DNA from: Pseudomonadota bacterium
Lineage (GTDB): Bacteria > Pseudomonadota > Gammaproteobacteria > Pseudomonadales > Moraxellaceae
Reading direction: 5' to 3'
DNA: 64,000 nucleotides
Assembly: GCA_040385265.1 (NCBI GenBank)
Contig: JAZKHS010000005.1
Span: 7,914-71,913 of the forward strand
Shown here piece after piece: positions 29,087 to 39,546 of the stretch; positions within the stretch are counted from its first letter, which is position 1; each line of letters starts with the position of its first letter. The position numbers and the translations under genes were made by a program. The notes below the pieces were generated by a model. It was not told where the DNA came from and made no database searches. It saw only the letters and a list, made by a program, of their open reading frames with translations.

Positions 29087-31156
29087 TCAGGCGGCAGGTT
29101 GTCCCGGGCCGGGTGTCGTGCTGTTGTTCGCCGGCGGGGTGGAGGGGACATCGCGGGGCGGCCAGAAGAAGCGCAGCGGCTGGCGCCGGAAGCGCTCAAG
29201 GATCAGGCCGAGGAGTGGCGGCCACTGTTGCCAGGTGACTCCGCGGGCCCGCAACGCCACCAGCAGGGCGAGACCGAAGCTCACCGAGAGGTTGACCAGG
29301 CCGATGCCGATCACGCCGGCAGCCACGAGCGCCAGGGTGCCTGCCGGCAGCGCGAAGTCGCTGCCGACCACCGCGAAGCCCAGGTAGGCCGAGGAAAAGG
29401 TGATGTGCCGGATGTCCAGCGGCAGGCCGAGGATGAAGCCCACCGTGCCCATGCTGCCCAGCATCACGCCGAACCAGAAGTTGCCGGCCAGAGCGCCCAG
29501 GTTGTCGCCCACATAGGCGGCAAAGCGATCCAGTCGCTCCTCGCCCAGCACTCGTCGCAACAGCGCGCGCTGGCGCAGGCGATCGGGGATGCGGCTGTGC
29601 ACGGCCTTGTTGTCGTAATAGCCGGAGATGAGGCCGGCGAGGAAGAGGCAGACGCCGGCGATGGCGGCATGGAATAGCGCGAGGCTGGAGACGGGATCCA
29701 GGTCGTGGAGCATCTGCGCCACCTTGCCGGGATCGGCCAGGTGCGCGCCGGTGGCCGCCAGCCAGGCCCAGGCCAGCAGCATGGCCGTGGGCAGGGCCAG
29801 CAGCACGTTGCCGCTGATGGCAATGAATTGCGTCCGGAAAACATTAACGCACAGGTCGGCTAGCGCACCGAGGTCGCGCTCGCGGCTGCTCTCGACCTCC
29901 TGGATGCTGGCGGCAATGCGCGCTGCCGTCATGGCCGGCTGCTTGGTGGCGATGGTGAAGTGCAGCATGTGCACGAGCATGAAGCCCAGCGAGTAGTTCA
30001 GGCTGTACACCAGTGCCTGGCCGATGGGGGCGAGGCTGAGCTTGCCCGCCAGCACCTTGAGCAGGGCCATGAAGCCGACGATGAGGCCCGCGCCGAGGCC
30101 GGAGCGCAGCATCGCGAAGTATTCGCGGCGGGTGACGGTGACGTAGTGCTCGCCGGTCTGGCCCGCATTGTCGGTAACGCGCAGCGCGAGCAGCGAGGTG
30201 TGCGTGGCCAGCACTTCGCGCAGGCTGGTCTTGCGATTGTCCGCCTCCACCAGTTCCTTGAGGAAGCGGATCGCGCGCAGGCGTTGCTCGTGGCCGCGCG
30301 ACTCCAGCAGGCCGAACAGGGTTTCGATCCGGCGCAGCGTCTGCGCCAGGCGTACCAGCAACTGTGTCAGGCGGATGCTGATGCCGGTTTCCGGAGCGCG
30401 GCGGCGGATGCGGGCGAGGGTGTCGCGGCACTGGGCCACCAGCACCAGCGCCTGGGCGGCGTCCTCGCGCCGGCTGCGCTGGCCGTCGAGCAGGGCGCGC
30501 CACGCCCGCACATAGCTGGCGATTTCGGCCTGCAGCGCGAGGAAAGGGGATTCGTAGGATTCGATGGCCGGATAGACCTGCACCAGGTTGGGGTCCAGCC
30601 CCAGGGCCGTGAGGCGATGGGAGAGGGTGGAGAGGGCCTCCAGTACCTCGCGCAGGGTGCGTTCGCCCGGGGGTGGCGCCGAGCCCGAGGGGAGGGGCTG
30701 CCCCGCATCGGACGTCGGCGCGACGGCGGGGGCATTGCGCATGGCGTCCAGCAGGCGCAGCCACAGGTCGTCATCGATGGCCGCGATCCATTCATGGTCG
30801 TCGGGGCGCGGGAACAGCGTGCCGAATACATCCTTCAGGTGGGCGTCGTTGACCACGGGTGGCAGCAGTTTCCAGCCCAGGCGCTGGCGCAGCTCGGTGA
30901 AGAACCCGGTGCCGTCGAAGATGCCGGTGTCAGCATAGAGATGGGCCTGGCGACGGGTGCCCACCACCCGCAGCAGGTGCTCACGCAGGCCGGCGGCCAG
31001 GTCCGGCCGGCCTTCCAGCATGACGCACAGGGCGGCGAGGCGGGCGGGCGCTTCGGCAGTGTGACCGGGGCGAGGCCGCAGGGCGGCGATGAGGTCGGCG
31101 AGGGGAGTGGCTGTGTTGCCGCTGGCGCGGGCAATACCGTCGAGAAGGACTTCCAT
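29087..31156 (-). CDS. COG4389 / PF10136-type polytopic membrane protein (historically annotated 'site-specific recombinase'; function unproven)
   Basis: 689 aa. The N-terminal ~330 aa are soluble and helical (MEVLLDGIARASGNTATPLADLIAALRP...). The C-terminal half contains at least 6 hydrophobic helices, for example FIAISGNVLLALPTAMLLAWAWL and GTLALVAAGVIGIGLVNLSVSFGLALLVAL. The family call is from memory. Confidence 0.7.
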   Translation of the reverse strand: MEVLLDGIARASGNTATPLADLIAALRPRPGHTAEAPARLAALCVMLEGRPDLAAGLREHLLRVVGTRRQAHLYADTGIFDGTGFFTELRQRLGWKLLPPVVNDAHLKDVFGTLFPRPDDHEWIAAIDDDLWLRLLDAMRNAPAVAPTSDAGQPLPSGSAPPPGERTLREVLEALSTLSHRLTALGLDPNLVQVYPAIESYESPFLALQAEIASYVRAWRALLDGQRSRREDAAQALVLVAQCRDTLARIRRRAPETGISIRLTQLLVRLAQTLRRIETLFGLLESRGHEQRLRAIRFLKELVEADNRKTSLREVLATHTSLLALRVTDNAGQTGEHYVTVTRREYFAMLRSGLGAGLIVGFMALLKVLAGKLSLAPIGQALVYSLNYSLGFMLVHMLHFTIATKQPAMTAARIAASIQEVESSRERDLGALADLCVNVFRTQFIAISGNVLLALPTAMLLAWAWLAATGAHLADPGKVAQMLHDLDPVSSLALFHAAIAGVCLFLAGLISGYYDNKAVHSRIPDRLRQRALLRRVLGEERLDRFAAYVGDNLGALAGNFWFGVMLGSMGTVGFILGLPLDIRHITFSSAYLGFAVVGSDFALPAGTLALVAAGVIGIGLVNLSVSFGLALLVALRARGVTWQQWPPLLGLILERFRRQPLRFFWPPRDVPSTPPANNSTTPGPGQPAA

Positions 31157-31453
31157 GCCGTGGTTTCCAGGTCGAGAGCGGCCCAGTATGCGGACTCCCC
31201 CGAGGGCGGACCAGAAAAGCTCTGTTACGGAACCACGGAAATATCGTTACACGCTGGCTAAGTGGGAATACAAATAGCTAGGAAGGGCAATACGCGGGGT
31301 GTGGCGGGGCGGTCGCAGGAGTGCAGGGGAAGGGCATGAAGGCGCAAGAGGCGAGGGGGTAACGGGGGCGGGGCTTGAGGTCGGCACCAGGGCCGGTATG
31401 GGGCGGCGCTCATCGCCAGGACGGCGGGAGGCAGATGCGACAGGAGAAAAAAG

Positions 31454-31530
31454 TGGTCGGGGTGAGAGGATTTGAACCTCCGGCCTCTACGTCCCGAACG
31501 TAGCGCTCCACCAAGCTGAGCTACACCCCG
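31454..31530 (-). tRNA. tRNA-Pro (anticodon CGG), CCA encoded
   Basis: The minus strand reads CGGGGTGTAGCTCAGCTTGGTGGAGCGCTACGTTCGGGACGTAGAGGCCGGAGGTTCAAATCCTCTCACCCCGACCA. It folds as a cloverleaf with acceptor CGGGGTG/CACCCCG, anticodon stem CTACG/CGTAG, loop TTCGGGA and a GGTTCAAAT T-loop. Confidence 0.93.
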
Positions 31531-31644
31531 ACTGGACCACAACACCTTGCGGGTGTTGCGAGGCGCGCATTCTATAGAATCGAAAGCGCGAAGAAAAGCA
31601 CCGTAACGCAATTAGTGGAAGGGAAGGGCCGGCGCCCCGGGGGA

Positions 31645-32607
31645 TCAGTTGTCGCGCTGCAGGGCTAGCCGGGTCAGGTCAGCCAGTGCCGCCTTGCTGG
31701 GGCTGTCCGGCAGCACGGCAAGGGCCGTCAGGGCCAGATCGGACTCCTGCCGGGCGCGCTGGCGCGTGTAGTCCAGGGCGCCGCAACGCTGCACGATGGC
31801 AATGATCTCGTCCAGGTGCTCGAGACCACCCGTGCGGATGGCGGTACGGATCAGCTCCGCCTCGGCCGGGGACGAGGCGCGGATGGCCTGGATCAGCGGC
31901 AGCGTGGGTTTGCCTTCGGCCAGGTCGTCGCCCACGTTCTTGCCCATCACCTCGGCGGAGCTGGTGTAGTCCAGCACGTCGTCGATGATCTGGAAGGCGG
32001 CGCCCAGGTGGCGGGCGAAGGTCGCGCAGGCGGTCTGGTAGTCGCGGTTGCCCAGGCTGGCGCCGGTCTCGGCGGCCACCTCGAAGAGCTTGGCGGTCTT
32101 GCCGTAGATGACCTGCATATAGCGCTCTTCGGTAGTGTCCGGATCGCGCTGGTTGATCAGCTGCAGGACTTCGCCCTCGGCAATGACCACGGTCCCGGCG
32201 GACATGATGTCCATCACGGCCTGGTCGCGCAGGGACACCATGAGGGCGAAGGCGCGGGAGATCAGGAAGTCCCCGACCAGCACGGCGGTGGGGTTGTCCC
32301 AGCGCGCATTGGCGGTGGCGCGGCCGCGGCGCAGGCCCGAGTCGTCGACCACGTCGTCGTGCAGGAGGGTGGCGGTATGCAGCATCTCGATGATGCTGGC
32401 TACCTCGACATGACGCTCGCCCCGGTAGCCGCAGGCGCGGGCCGCCAGCAGGCAGACCAGCGGTCGCAGGCGCTTGCCGCCGCCGGCCACGATGTAGTTC
32501 CCGACCTCGTTGATGAGGGGGACCCGGGATTCCAGGCTCTTGCGGATGAAGGTGTCGACGGCCGCGAAGTCGTCGGCCACAACGGCTACTATGCTCTTGA
32601 AGTCCAT
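31645..32607 (-). CDS. ispB: Octaprenyl-diphosphate synthase
   Basis: 320 aa with the two Asp-rich prenyltransferase motifs [10 protein letters not shown] and QIIDDVLD. It is divergent from rplU, as in many proteobacteria. Confidence 0.94.
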   Translation of the reverse strand: MDFKSIVAVVADDFAAVDTFIRKSLESRVPLINEVGNYIVAGGGKRLRPLVCLLAARACGYRGERHVEVASIIEMLHTATLLHDDVVDDSGLRRGRATANARWDNPTAVLVGDFLISRAFALMVSLRDQAVMDIMSAGTVVIAEGEVLQLINQRDPDTTEERYMQVIYGKTAKLFEVAAETGASLGNRDYQTACATFARHLGAAFQIIDDVLDYTSSAEVMGKNVGDDLAEGKPTLPLIQAIRASSPAEAELIRTAIRTGGLEHLDEIIAIVQRCGALDYTRQRARQESDLALTALAVLPDSPSKAALADLTRLALQRDN

Positions 32608-32727
32608 GGGATCAGGATCAGCCCGGGGTGTAAGGCCGCGAATCCTAGCAGCAGAGCGGGCCCGGGGCTATGCTCCGGAGGGCCGAAGGCCCCATTTCAG
32701 CCATGGATTTTCCCTGCAAATAGCGAC

Positions 32728-32756
32728 TTGCGGCGAGGAGGGCTTTTCCGTAGAAT
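32728..32756 (+). promoter_or_regulatory. Candidate sigma-70 promoter of rplU-rpmA
   Basis: TTGCGG (32728-32733), a 17-nt spacer, then TAGAAT (32751-32756), about 100 nt upstream of the rplU ATG. Confidence 0.45.
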
Positions 32757-32859
32757 TGCGCGCCTTGCATTCTGGCAGGCGGGCGTCCGGCGTCCGGCCT
32801 GTGCAACAGCCCCCTGGCAGCGAGTGCCAGGGGTAGATCCTATTAGCGGGAGTGGCAAC

Positions 32860-33171
32860 ATGTACGCGGTTATCAAGAGCGGTGGCAAGCAGCATCGCGT
32901 GGTTGAAGGCGAGCTGCTGAAGGTCGAGCTGCTGGACGTCCAGCCGGGCCAGACCATCACCCTCGAAGACGTGCTGATGGTGGTGAACGGCTCTGACATC
33001 AAGATCGGTACCCCGATCGTTGCCGGTGCCAAGGTGCAGGCCGAAGTGGTGGCCCATGGCCGTCACGACAAGATCCGCATCCAGAAGTTCCGCCGCCGCA
33101 AGCACTACCGCAAGCAGGCTGGCCACCGCCAGTACTACACCGAACTCAAGATTACCGGCATCAGCGCCTGA
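32860..33171 (+). CDS. rplU: 50S ribosomal protein L21
   Basis: Internal start in ORF 31816..33171, reading [23 protein letters not shown]. 103 aa. Confidence 0.97.
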   Translation: MYAVIKSGGKQHRVVEGELLKVELLDVQPGQTITLEDVLMVVNGSDIKIGTPIVAGAKVQAEVVAHGRHDKIRIQKFRRRKHYRKQAGHRQYYTELKITGISA

Positions 33172-33205
33172 GCGCTGGCCAGCACACATTCAGGAGTAAT
33201 CCGAC

Positions 33206-33466
33206 ATGGCACATAAAAAGGCAGGCGGCTCAACCCGCAACGGTCGCGACTCACATGCCAAGCGTCTTGGCGTGAAGGTGTTCGGCGGCCAGCAGATCGA
33301 AGCCGGCAGCATCATCATCCGTCAGCGCGGCACCCGCGTCTGGCCGGGCGAAAACGTTGGCCTCGGCCGTGACCACACCCTGTTCGCTACCGCGAAGGGC
33401 GTCGTCAGGTTCGAGATCAAGGGCCCGCAGCAGCGCCAGTACGTCGTGGTCGAAACCACGGCCTGA
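33206..33466 (+). CDS. rpmA: 50S ribosomal protein L27
   Basis: 86 aa, starting [24 protein letters not shown]. Confidence 0.98.
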   Translation: MAHKKAGGSTRNGRDSHAKRLGVKVFGGQQIEAGSIIIRQRGTRVWPGENVGLGRDHTLFATAKGVVRFEIKGPQQRQYVVVETTA

Positions 33467-33482
33467 GCCAGCGATAGCCCTG

Positions 33483-33514
33483 AAAAAGCCCCGCCTGGTC
33501 GGGGCTTTTTTCTT
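33483..33514 (+). terminator. Rho-independent terminator after rpmA
   Basis: AAAAAGCCCCG-CCTGGT-CGGGGCTTTTT followed by TCTT. Confidence 0.8.
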
Positions 33515-33524
33515 GGGAAATCGC

Positions 33525-33552
33525 CCGGGTCCGGGTCCGGGTCCGGCTCCGG
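33525..33552. repeat. Short hexanucleotide tandem repeat (CCGGGT)3-CCGGCT-CCGG
   Basis: Read directly from the sequence. There are about 4.7 tandem units, intergenic between the rpmA terminator and obg. Confidence 0.85.
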
Positions 33553-33609
33553 CGCCGCCCGGGGCCTGCTGTCCTACGGCAGAGCGCCAGCCGCCGACAA
33601 CCGGCGTAG

Positions 33610-34866
<1,257 letters not shown>

Positions 34867-34976
34867 CCTGAACCTGTCGCGGACCGCGCCCTCTGCCCGG
34901 GCGCTTGCCGGCGATGGCTTGTGACCGACGCCGCACCCGCGCGCCCACCGACAGCCCGAGACCACGACTGCCTGCC

Positions 34977-36104
34977 ATGACGACGAATAACCGCCAACGC
35001 CTTGCCCAGGGTCGCCGCTGGGTCGTGAAGATCGGCTCCGCGCTGCTGACCGCCAATGGCCAGGGCCTCGACCAGGTCGCCATGGCCAGCTGGGTGCGGC
35101 AGATGGTCGCGCTGCAGGCCTCCGGCGTGGAGCTGGTGCTGGTGTCCTCGGGGGCGGTTGCCGAGGGCATGGTGCGCATGGGGCTGAAGGCCCGCCCCGA
35201 CGCCGTGCACGAGTTGCAGGCCTGTGCCGCCATCGGCCAGATGGGCCTGGTGCAGGCCTACGAGTCGCACTTCCGCGACCATGGCGTGCGCACCGCGCAG
35301 ATCCTGCTGACCCACGACGATCTTTCCGACCGCCAGCGCTACCTCAATGCCAGCAACACGCTGCGTACACTCATCGAGTGGAAGGTGCTGCCGGTCATCA
35401 ACGAGAATGACACCGTCGCCACCGATGAAATCCGCTTTGGCGACAACGACACCTTGGGCGCGCTGGTGGCCAACCTGGTCGAGGCGGATGCCCTCATCAT
35501 CCTCACCGACCAGGACGGCATGTTCGACCGCGATCCGCGCCACGATCCTGACGCCGTGCTCCTGCCGGAAGTGCAGGCCATGGACGAGCGCCTGCTGGCC
35601 ATGGCCGGCGGCGGCGGCCTGCTGGGGCGTGGCGGCATGATCACCAAGGTGCGGGCGGCCCGTCTCGCGGCCAAGTCCGGCTGTGCCACCGTCATTGCCA
35701 GCGGCTGTGGCGAGGACATCCTGGTGCGCCTGCGCCAGGCCGAGGTTGTCGGGACACTGCTGCTGCCCGAGCAGGACCGCCTGGCCGCGCGCAAGCAGTG
35801 GCTGGCCGCGCACCTGCAGCATGCCGGCCGTGTGGTCATCGACGCCGGTGCCGTGAAGGCCCTGCGCCTGGGCGGTCGCAGCCTGCTGCCGGTAGGCGTG
35901 AAGTCGGTGGAAGGCAACTTCCAGCGCGGCGAAGTGGTGGCCTGCGTCGACGAGCAAGGCGCCACGGTGGCGGTCGGCCTCGTCAACTACAACGCCGAGC
36001 AGGCCAGCCGCATCGCCGGCCAGCCCTCGGATCGCATCGAGGCCCTGCTGGGCTATGTCGACGATGCCGAGCTGATGCATCGCGACAACCTCGTTTTACT
36101 CTGA
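34977..36104 (+). CDS. proB: Glutamate 5-kinase
   Basis: Internal start [25 protein letters not shown]. It has an amino-acid kinase fold and a C-terminal PUA-like domain ([11 protein letters not shown]). 375 aa. Confidence 0.94.
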   Translation: MTTNNRQRLAQGRRWVVKIGSALLTANGQGLDQVAMASWVRQMVALQASGVELVLVSSGAVAEGMVRMGLKARPDAVHELQACAAIGQMGLVQAYESHFRDHGVRTAQILLTHDDLSDRQRYLNASNTLRTLIEWKVLPVINENDTVATDEIRFGDNDTLGALVANLVEADALIILTDQDGMFDRDPRHDPDAVLLPEVQAMDERLLAMAGGGGLLGRGGMITKVRAARLAAKSGCATVIASGCGEDILVRLRQAEVVGTLLLPEQDRLAARKQWLAAHLQHAGRVVIDAGAVKALRLGGRSLLPVGVKSVEGNFQRGEVVACVDEQGATVAVGLVNYNAEQASRIAGQPSDRIEALLGYVDDAELMHRDNLVLL

Positions 36105-36105
36105 T

Positions 36106-36131
36106 CCGCGCGGCCGCGGCGGCGCGGTTTT
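36106..36131 (+). terminator. Candidate rho-independent terminator after proB
   Basis: CCGCGC-(10-nt loop)-GCGCGG followed by TTTT, starting 2 nt after the proB stop. Confidence 0.45.
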
Positions 36132-36161
36132 CCCTGCAAGGACTGCATCCGGGAGTGCGGC

Positions 36162-37166
36162 ATGACGCGATCTCGCTGGCTCCTGGCGGCATGCCTTTGC
36201 TGGCCGCTGGCCGCCGTGGCAGACTTCGACGCCATCCTCTGGGATAACGACCTCTTTTCCCCGCGCGGCATCGACGCCTACTACACCAATGGCTTTGTCT
36301 ATCACCATGTCTTCGATCCGGTGCCGGCGGAGCAGGGGAGGGCGTGGCCAGCCTGTCCGGGTCTGGGTTCCCTGTCACGCGCCCTCGCGCCGGCACTGAT
36401 TCCGCTGGCCGGGTCACCCCGCTTCCAGCACTCCGTCGAGCTGGGTCACATCATCCAGACTCCGCTAGCCCGAAACTCCGTGACCCCCGATCCGCGCGAC
36501 CAGCCCTATGCGGGCCTGCTGTATGGCGCCTGCCATTACCACCTGCGCACCGGACGGCGCGCGGAGTCACTGGGCCTGCAGGTGGGCATGGTGGGGCCCT
36601 GGGCGCTGGCGGAGGAAAGCCAGGCGCTGGTGCACCGGACGGTCGGCGCGCGCGAGTCGCGGGGGTGGGGCGGCCAGTTGCGCAACGAACTGGTGGCCAA
36701 TCTGCGCTACGATCGTCAGGAGGTGGTGGCCGAATTGCCCCTGGGCCGCTCCGGGCTGTGGGTCTTCGATAACATGGACTTTGCCCTGGGCTCGCTGCAG
36801 GTGTCCGCCGCGGCCGGCCTCAATATCCTCTACGCCCGCTCGCCGGAGGCGGTGTTCGGGTTGAACCCCAATTATCTCGGGCGCTATCCCCGCATCAGTG
36901 GCGCCCCCGCAGGGTTTTACACCATGGCCAGCGTTCAGGTGACCGGCGTGCTGCGCAATCTGTTCCTTAATGGCAATACCTGGGTCGACAGCCCGGCCCG
37001 GGTCGACCACGAGCCCTTGCTGGCCTCGGGCCAGCTGCTGCTCGGCTATGGCTTTTCCTGCTGGGCGCTGCAGCTCGGCATCAATGTCGGCACGCGTTCC
37101 TTCCAGACCCAGGATGTGGAACTGCCTCGCTACGGCACGCTGGCGCTGTCCTGGGGCTGCCGATGA
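36162..37166 (+). CDS. Lipid A deacylase LpxR family (DUF2219) outer-membrane protein
   Basis: 334 aa. It has a signal peptide (MTRSRWLLAACLCWPLAAVA) followed by the family-typical motif WDNDLFSPRGIDAYYTNGF. The rest is rich in beta-strand-like alternating patterns. Confidence 0.75.
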   Translation: MTRSRWLLAACLCWPLAAVADFDAILWDNDLFSPRGIDAYYTNGFVYHHVFDPVPAEQGRAWPACPGLGSLSRALAPALIPLAGSPRFQHSVELGHIIQTPLARNSVTPDPRDQPYAGLLYGACHYHLRTGRRAESLGLQVGMVGPWALAEESQALVHRTVGARESRGWGGQLRNELVANLRYDRQEVVAELPLGRSGLWVFDNMDFALGSLQVSAAAGLNILYARSPEAVFGLNPNYLGRYPRISGAPAGFYTMASVQVTGVLRNLFLNGNTWVDSPARVDHEPLLASGQLLLGYGFSCWALQLGINVGTRSFQTQDVELPRYGTLALSWGCR

Positions 37167-38056
37167 AGTGGCGGGCGCCGGTGCTGCTCGCCCTGCTGGG
37201 GGTCTACCTCATCTGGGGCTCCACCTACCTGGCCATGCGTTTTGCCATCGAGGGCATTCCGCCCTTGCTGATGGGCGGCGTGCGCTATGTCTGCGCCGGC
37301 AGCCTGATCCTGCTGGCCTTGCGCCTGCGCGGGCTGGCCTGGCCCACGGTGCGGCAGTGGCGGGACTCGGCGCAGGTGGGGGTGTTGTTGCTGCTGGGCG
37401 GCAACGGGCTGGTCTGCCTGGCCCTGGAGCGCGGCGTAAGCTCCGGCCTGTCGGCGCTGGTGGTGGGGGTGACGCCGCTGTTTGCATTGGTCTTTGCGCA
37501 GCTCTGGGGGCATCGCGCCCACGGCCGTGAGTGGCTGGGCATCGGCCTGGGGCTGGCGGGCCTGGTCCTGCTCAATCTGGGGCATGAACTGTCGACCAGT
37601 CCGGTCACGGCCGGCCTGCTGATCCTGGCGGCGCTGTCCTGGTCCTTCGGCTCCATGTGGGGCAAGCGCCTGGATCTGCCGACGGGCTTCATGGCCAGTG
37701 GCGCGCAGATGCTCACCGGCGGGCTGGCCATGCTGCTGGCGGCCATGTTGCGCGGCGAGGCACTCGCAGGCATGCCTTCCGACAAGGCGCTGTGGGCGCT
37801 GGCCTACCTGATCTTCGTGGGCGCCATCCTGGGTTTCTCGGCCTACGTCTACCTGCTGGCGACGGTGCGTCCGGCGCTGGCCACCAGCTATGCCTACGTG
37901 AATCCGCTGGTGGCCGTGGGGCTGGGGGTCTGGCTGGGCGGCGAGAGCGTGGATGCCATGGAGCTGGCCGGGCTGGCGGTCATCCTGGGTGCGGTGGTGC
38001 TGGTCTACCTGCCGCTGGGTCGGCGCACGTCGTCTACGGCCGCAACGGAGGCGTGA
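37163..38056 (+). CDS. EamA/DMT-family transporter
   Basis: 297 aa with 10 predicted TM helices forming a duplicated EamA pattern. The start overlaps the upstream stop as ATGA. Confidence 0.85.
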   Translation: MKWRAPVLLALLGVYLIWGSTYLAMRFAIEGIPPLLMGGVRYVCAGSLILLALRLRGLAWPTVRQWRDSAQVGVLLLLGGNGLVCLALERGVSSGLSALVVGVTPLFALVFAQLWGHRAHGREWLGIGLGLAGLVLLNLGHELSTSPVTAGLLILAALSWSFGSMWGKRLDLPTGFMASGAQMLTGGLAMLLAAMLRGEALAGMPSDKALWALAYLIFVGAILGFSAYVYLLATVRPALATSYAYVNPLVAVGLGVWLGGESVDAMELAGLAVILGAVVLVYLPLGRRTSSTAATEA

Positions 38057-38105
38057 GGGCGGGAGTCTTGCGGAGCGTGAGCTGGTGCCGCTCAGGCCCT
38101 TAAAC

Positions 38106-38131
38106 AAAAAACCGGCCCTGGGGCCGGTTTT
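38106..38131. terminator. Bidirectional rho-independent terminator between the EamA gene (+) and rpsT (-)
   Basis: AAAAACCGGCC-CTGG-GGCCGGTTTT. Confidence 0.75.
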
Positions 38132-38159
38132 CCGTGCAGATCGCAAACCCTGAGAAGGT

Positions 38160-38426
38160 TCAGGCAGCCAGTGCCTTGATCTGGGCGTTCAGGCGGCTCT
38201 TGTGACGAGCGGCCTTGTTCTTGTGGATGATGCCCTTGTCGGCCATGCGGTCGATGACCGGAACGGCGGTGGTGTAGGCAGTCTGGGCGTCGGCCTTGTT
38301 GCCGCTGGCAATGGCGTTCACGACCTTCTTGATGTAGGTGCGAACCATGGAGCGCAGGCTGGCGTTATGGGCGCGCACCTTGTCGTTCTGGCGAGCACGC
38401 TTCTTGGCTTGTGCGGAATTGGCCAC
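38160..38426 (-). CDS. rpsT: 30S ribosomal protein S20
   Basis: The ORF track gives 38160..38480. The conserved N-terminus (M)[12 protein letters not shown] begins at a GTG (CAC at 38424-38426). 88 aa. Confidence 0.93.
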   Translation of the reverse strand: MANSAQAKKRARQNDKVRAHNASLRSMVRTYIKKVVNAIASGNKADAQTAYTTAVPVIDRMADKGIIHKNKAARHKSRLNAQIKALAA

Positions 38427-38488
38427 GTGGGCTCTCCTGAAATTCGGTTGAATATGGTGTCCGGGATTAACCCGAAACAAGGCGGCGG

Positions 38489-38517
38489 ATTTTGCCGAGA
38501 GGAGGGCCTGAAGTCAA
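38489..38517 (-). promoter_or_regulatory. Candidate sigma-70 promoter of rpsT
   Basis: The minus strand has TTGACT (38517-38512), a 17-nt spacer, then CAAAAT (38494-38489), about 60 nt upstream of the start codon. Confidence 0.5.
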
Positions 38518-38645
38518 CACCGGCCGGCACGGACTTTCCGGCCGGAAGGACTGGTAGGGGCGGCCTGTCCGGGAGGATGGGCCGCCGCGGCCCAGTCGGG
38601 TCCCGCGTCCGGCCGGGCAACCGTCCCGCCAGGGAGCCCCGCCGC

Positions 38646-39344
38646 TCAGGCCGGGTTTCCCTCCGCCACCTCGGCGGAGGTCAGCTCCCGCCACTCGCCG
38701 GGGGCCAGGGCGGGGTCCAGCTCGATACCGGCCACTGCTTCGCGGTGCAGTGCCTCCACATGGTTGCCCACCGCCGCGAACATGCGCCGCAGCTGGTGAT
38801 AGCGGCCTTCCTGCAGCCAGACCAGGGCCTCGCAGGGGGCCAGTTGCTGCAGACGGGCCGGGCGGGTGGGCTGGTCTTCCTCGCCACGCAGGAGCAGGCC
38901 CTCGGCGAAGCGTGCGGCGGTATCGGGGGCGATGGGACGGGCGGTACGCACCCGGTAGCGCTTCTCGTGACGGCCGGGTGCCTTGATGCGGTGCGACCAC
39001 TGTCCGTCATCGGTGACCAGCACCAGGCCGCTGCTGTCGGCGTCCAGGCGTCCCGCCAGGTGCAGCTCGGCGCGGTCTTCCCCGCCCAACAGGTCCAGCA
39101 CGGTGCGGTGCTGGCCGTCGCTGGTGGCGCAGACCACGTCCAGCGGCTTGTTCAGCATGAGGTAGCGGGGGCCGCGCAGGGCCAGGGGCTGTCCGTCCAG
39201 GGTGACGACGGCGTCGGCAGCAAGGGCCAGGCCGCTGTCCCGGACCGGCTGGCCGTTCACGGTGACGCGGCCGGCATGCAGCAGGCGGCGTACTTCGGCG
39301 CGGGAGTAGGAGCTGGCGTGGGCAATGTATTTGTCTAGTCGCAT
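38646..39344 (-). CDS. rsuA: 16S rRNA pseudouridine(516) synthase
   Basis: Start at MRLDKYIAHASSYSRAEV (an S4 domain). GRLDADSSGLVLVTDDGQWSHRI carries the catalytic Asp, and EGRYHQLRRMFAAVGNHV is also present. By eye it is collinear with E. coli RsuA. Confidence 0.9.
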   Translation of the reverse strand: MRLDKYIAHASSYSRAEVRRLLHAGRVTVNGQPVRDSGLALAADAVVTLDGQPLALRGPRYLMLNKPLDVVCATSDGQHRTVLDLLGGEDRAELHLAGRLDADSSGLVLVTDDGQWSHRIKAPGRHEKRYRVRTARPIAPDTAARFAEGLLLRGEEDQPTRPARLQQLAPCEALVWLQEGRYHQLRRMFAAVGNHVEALHREAVAGIELDPALAPGEWRELTSAEVAEGNPA

Positions 39345-39546
39345 GAGGTGCATTCTACGGCGCCAAGGCCGCGCCGACGACCCGTCTGAGGCCCGGATGA
39401 CAAAGCGGCAAGCGGCCGGCTGCCGGGGAGGGGCGACCCCACAGGCCACGGCGGCTGGCGGCGCCGCTTACGAATTGCCCGAGCTTCCCCGTTTCCTGCG
39501 CCGGTCCCCTTCGCTACCATGCCGCCTTTCCCGAAGCGGTTTCCCC

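Noticed and set aside
28871-31530. Possible genomic island inserted at the 3' end of tRNA-Pro, carrying the 'recombinase' gene.
   Set aside because: There is no integrase or transposase. I found no convincing direct repeat of the tRNA 3' end; the best match is about 9 nt (CGGGGTG.G near 28930). The composition of the gene looks native. The so-called recombinase is a membrane protein.
31540-31597. Hairpin CAACACC-TTGC-GGGTGTTG and the palindromic ATTCTATAGAAT just upstream of tRNA-Pro, considered as an ispB terminator and tRNA promoter.
   Set aside because: A TAGAAT -10 box is plausible, but the -35 element is weak (TTTTCT) and the hairpin lacks a U-tract. The evidence is too ambiguous to annotate either element.
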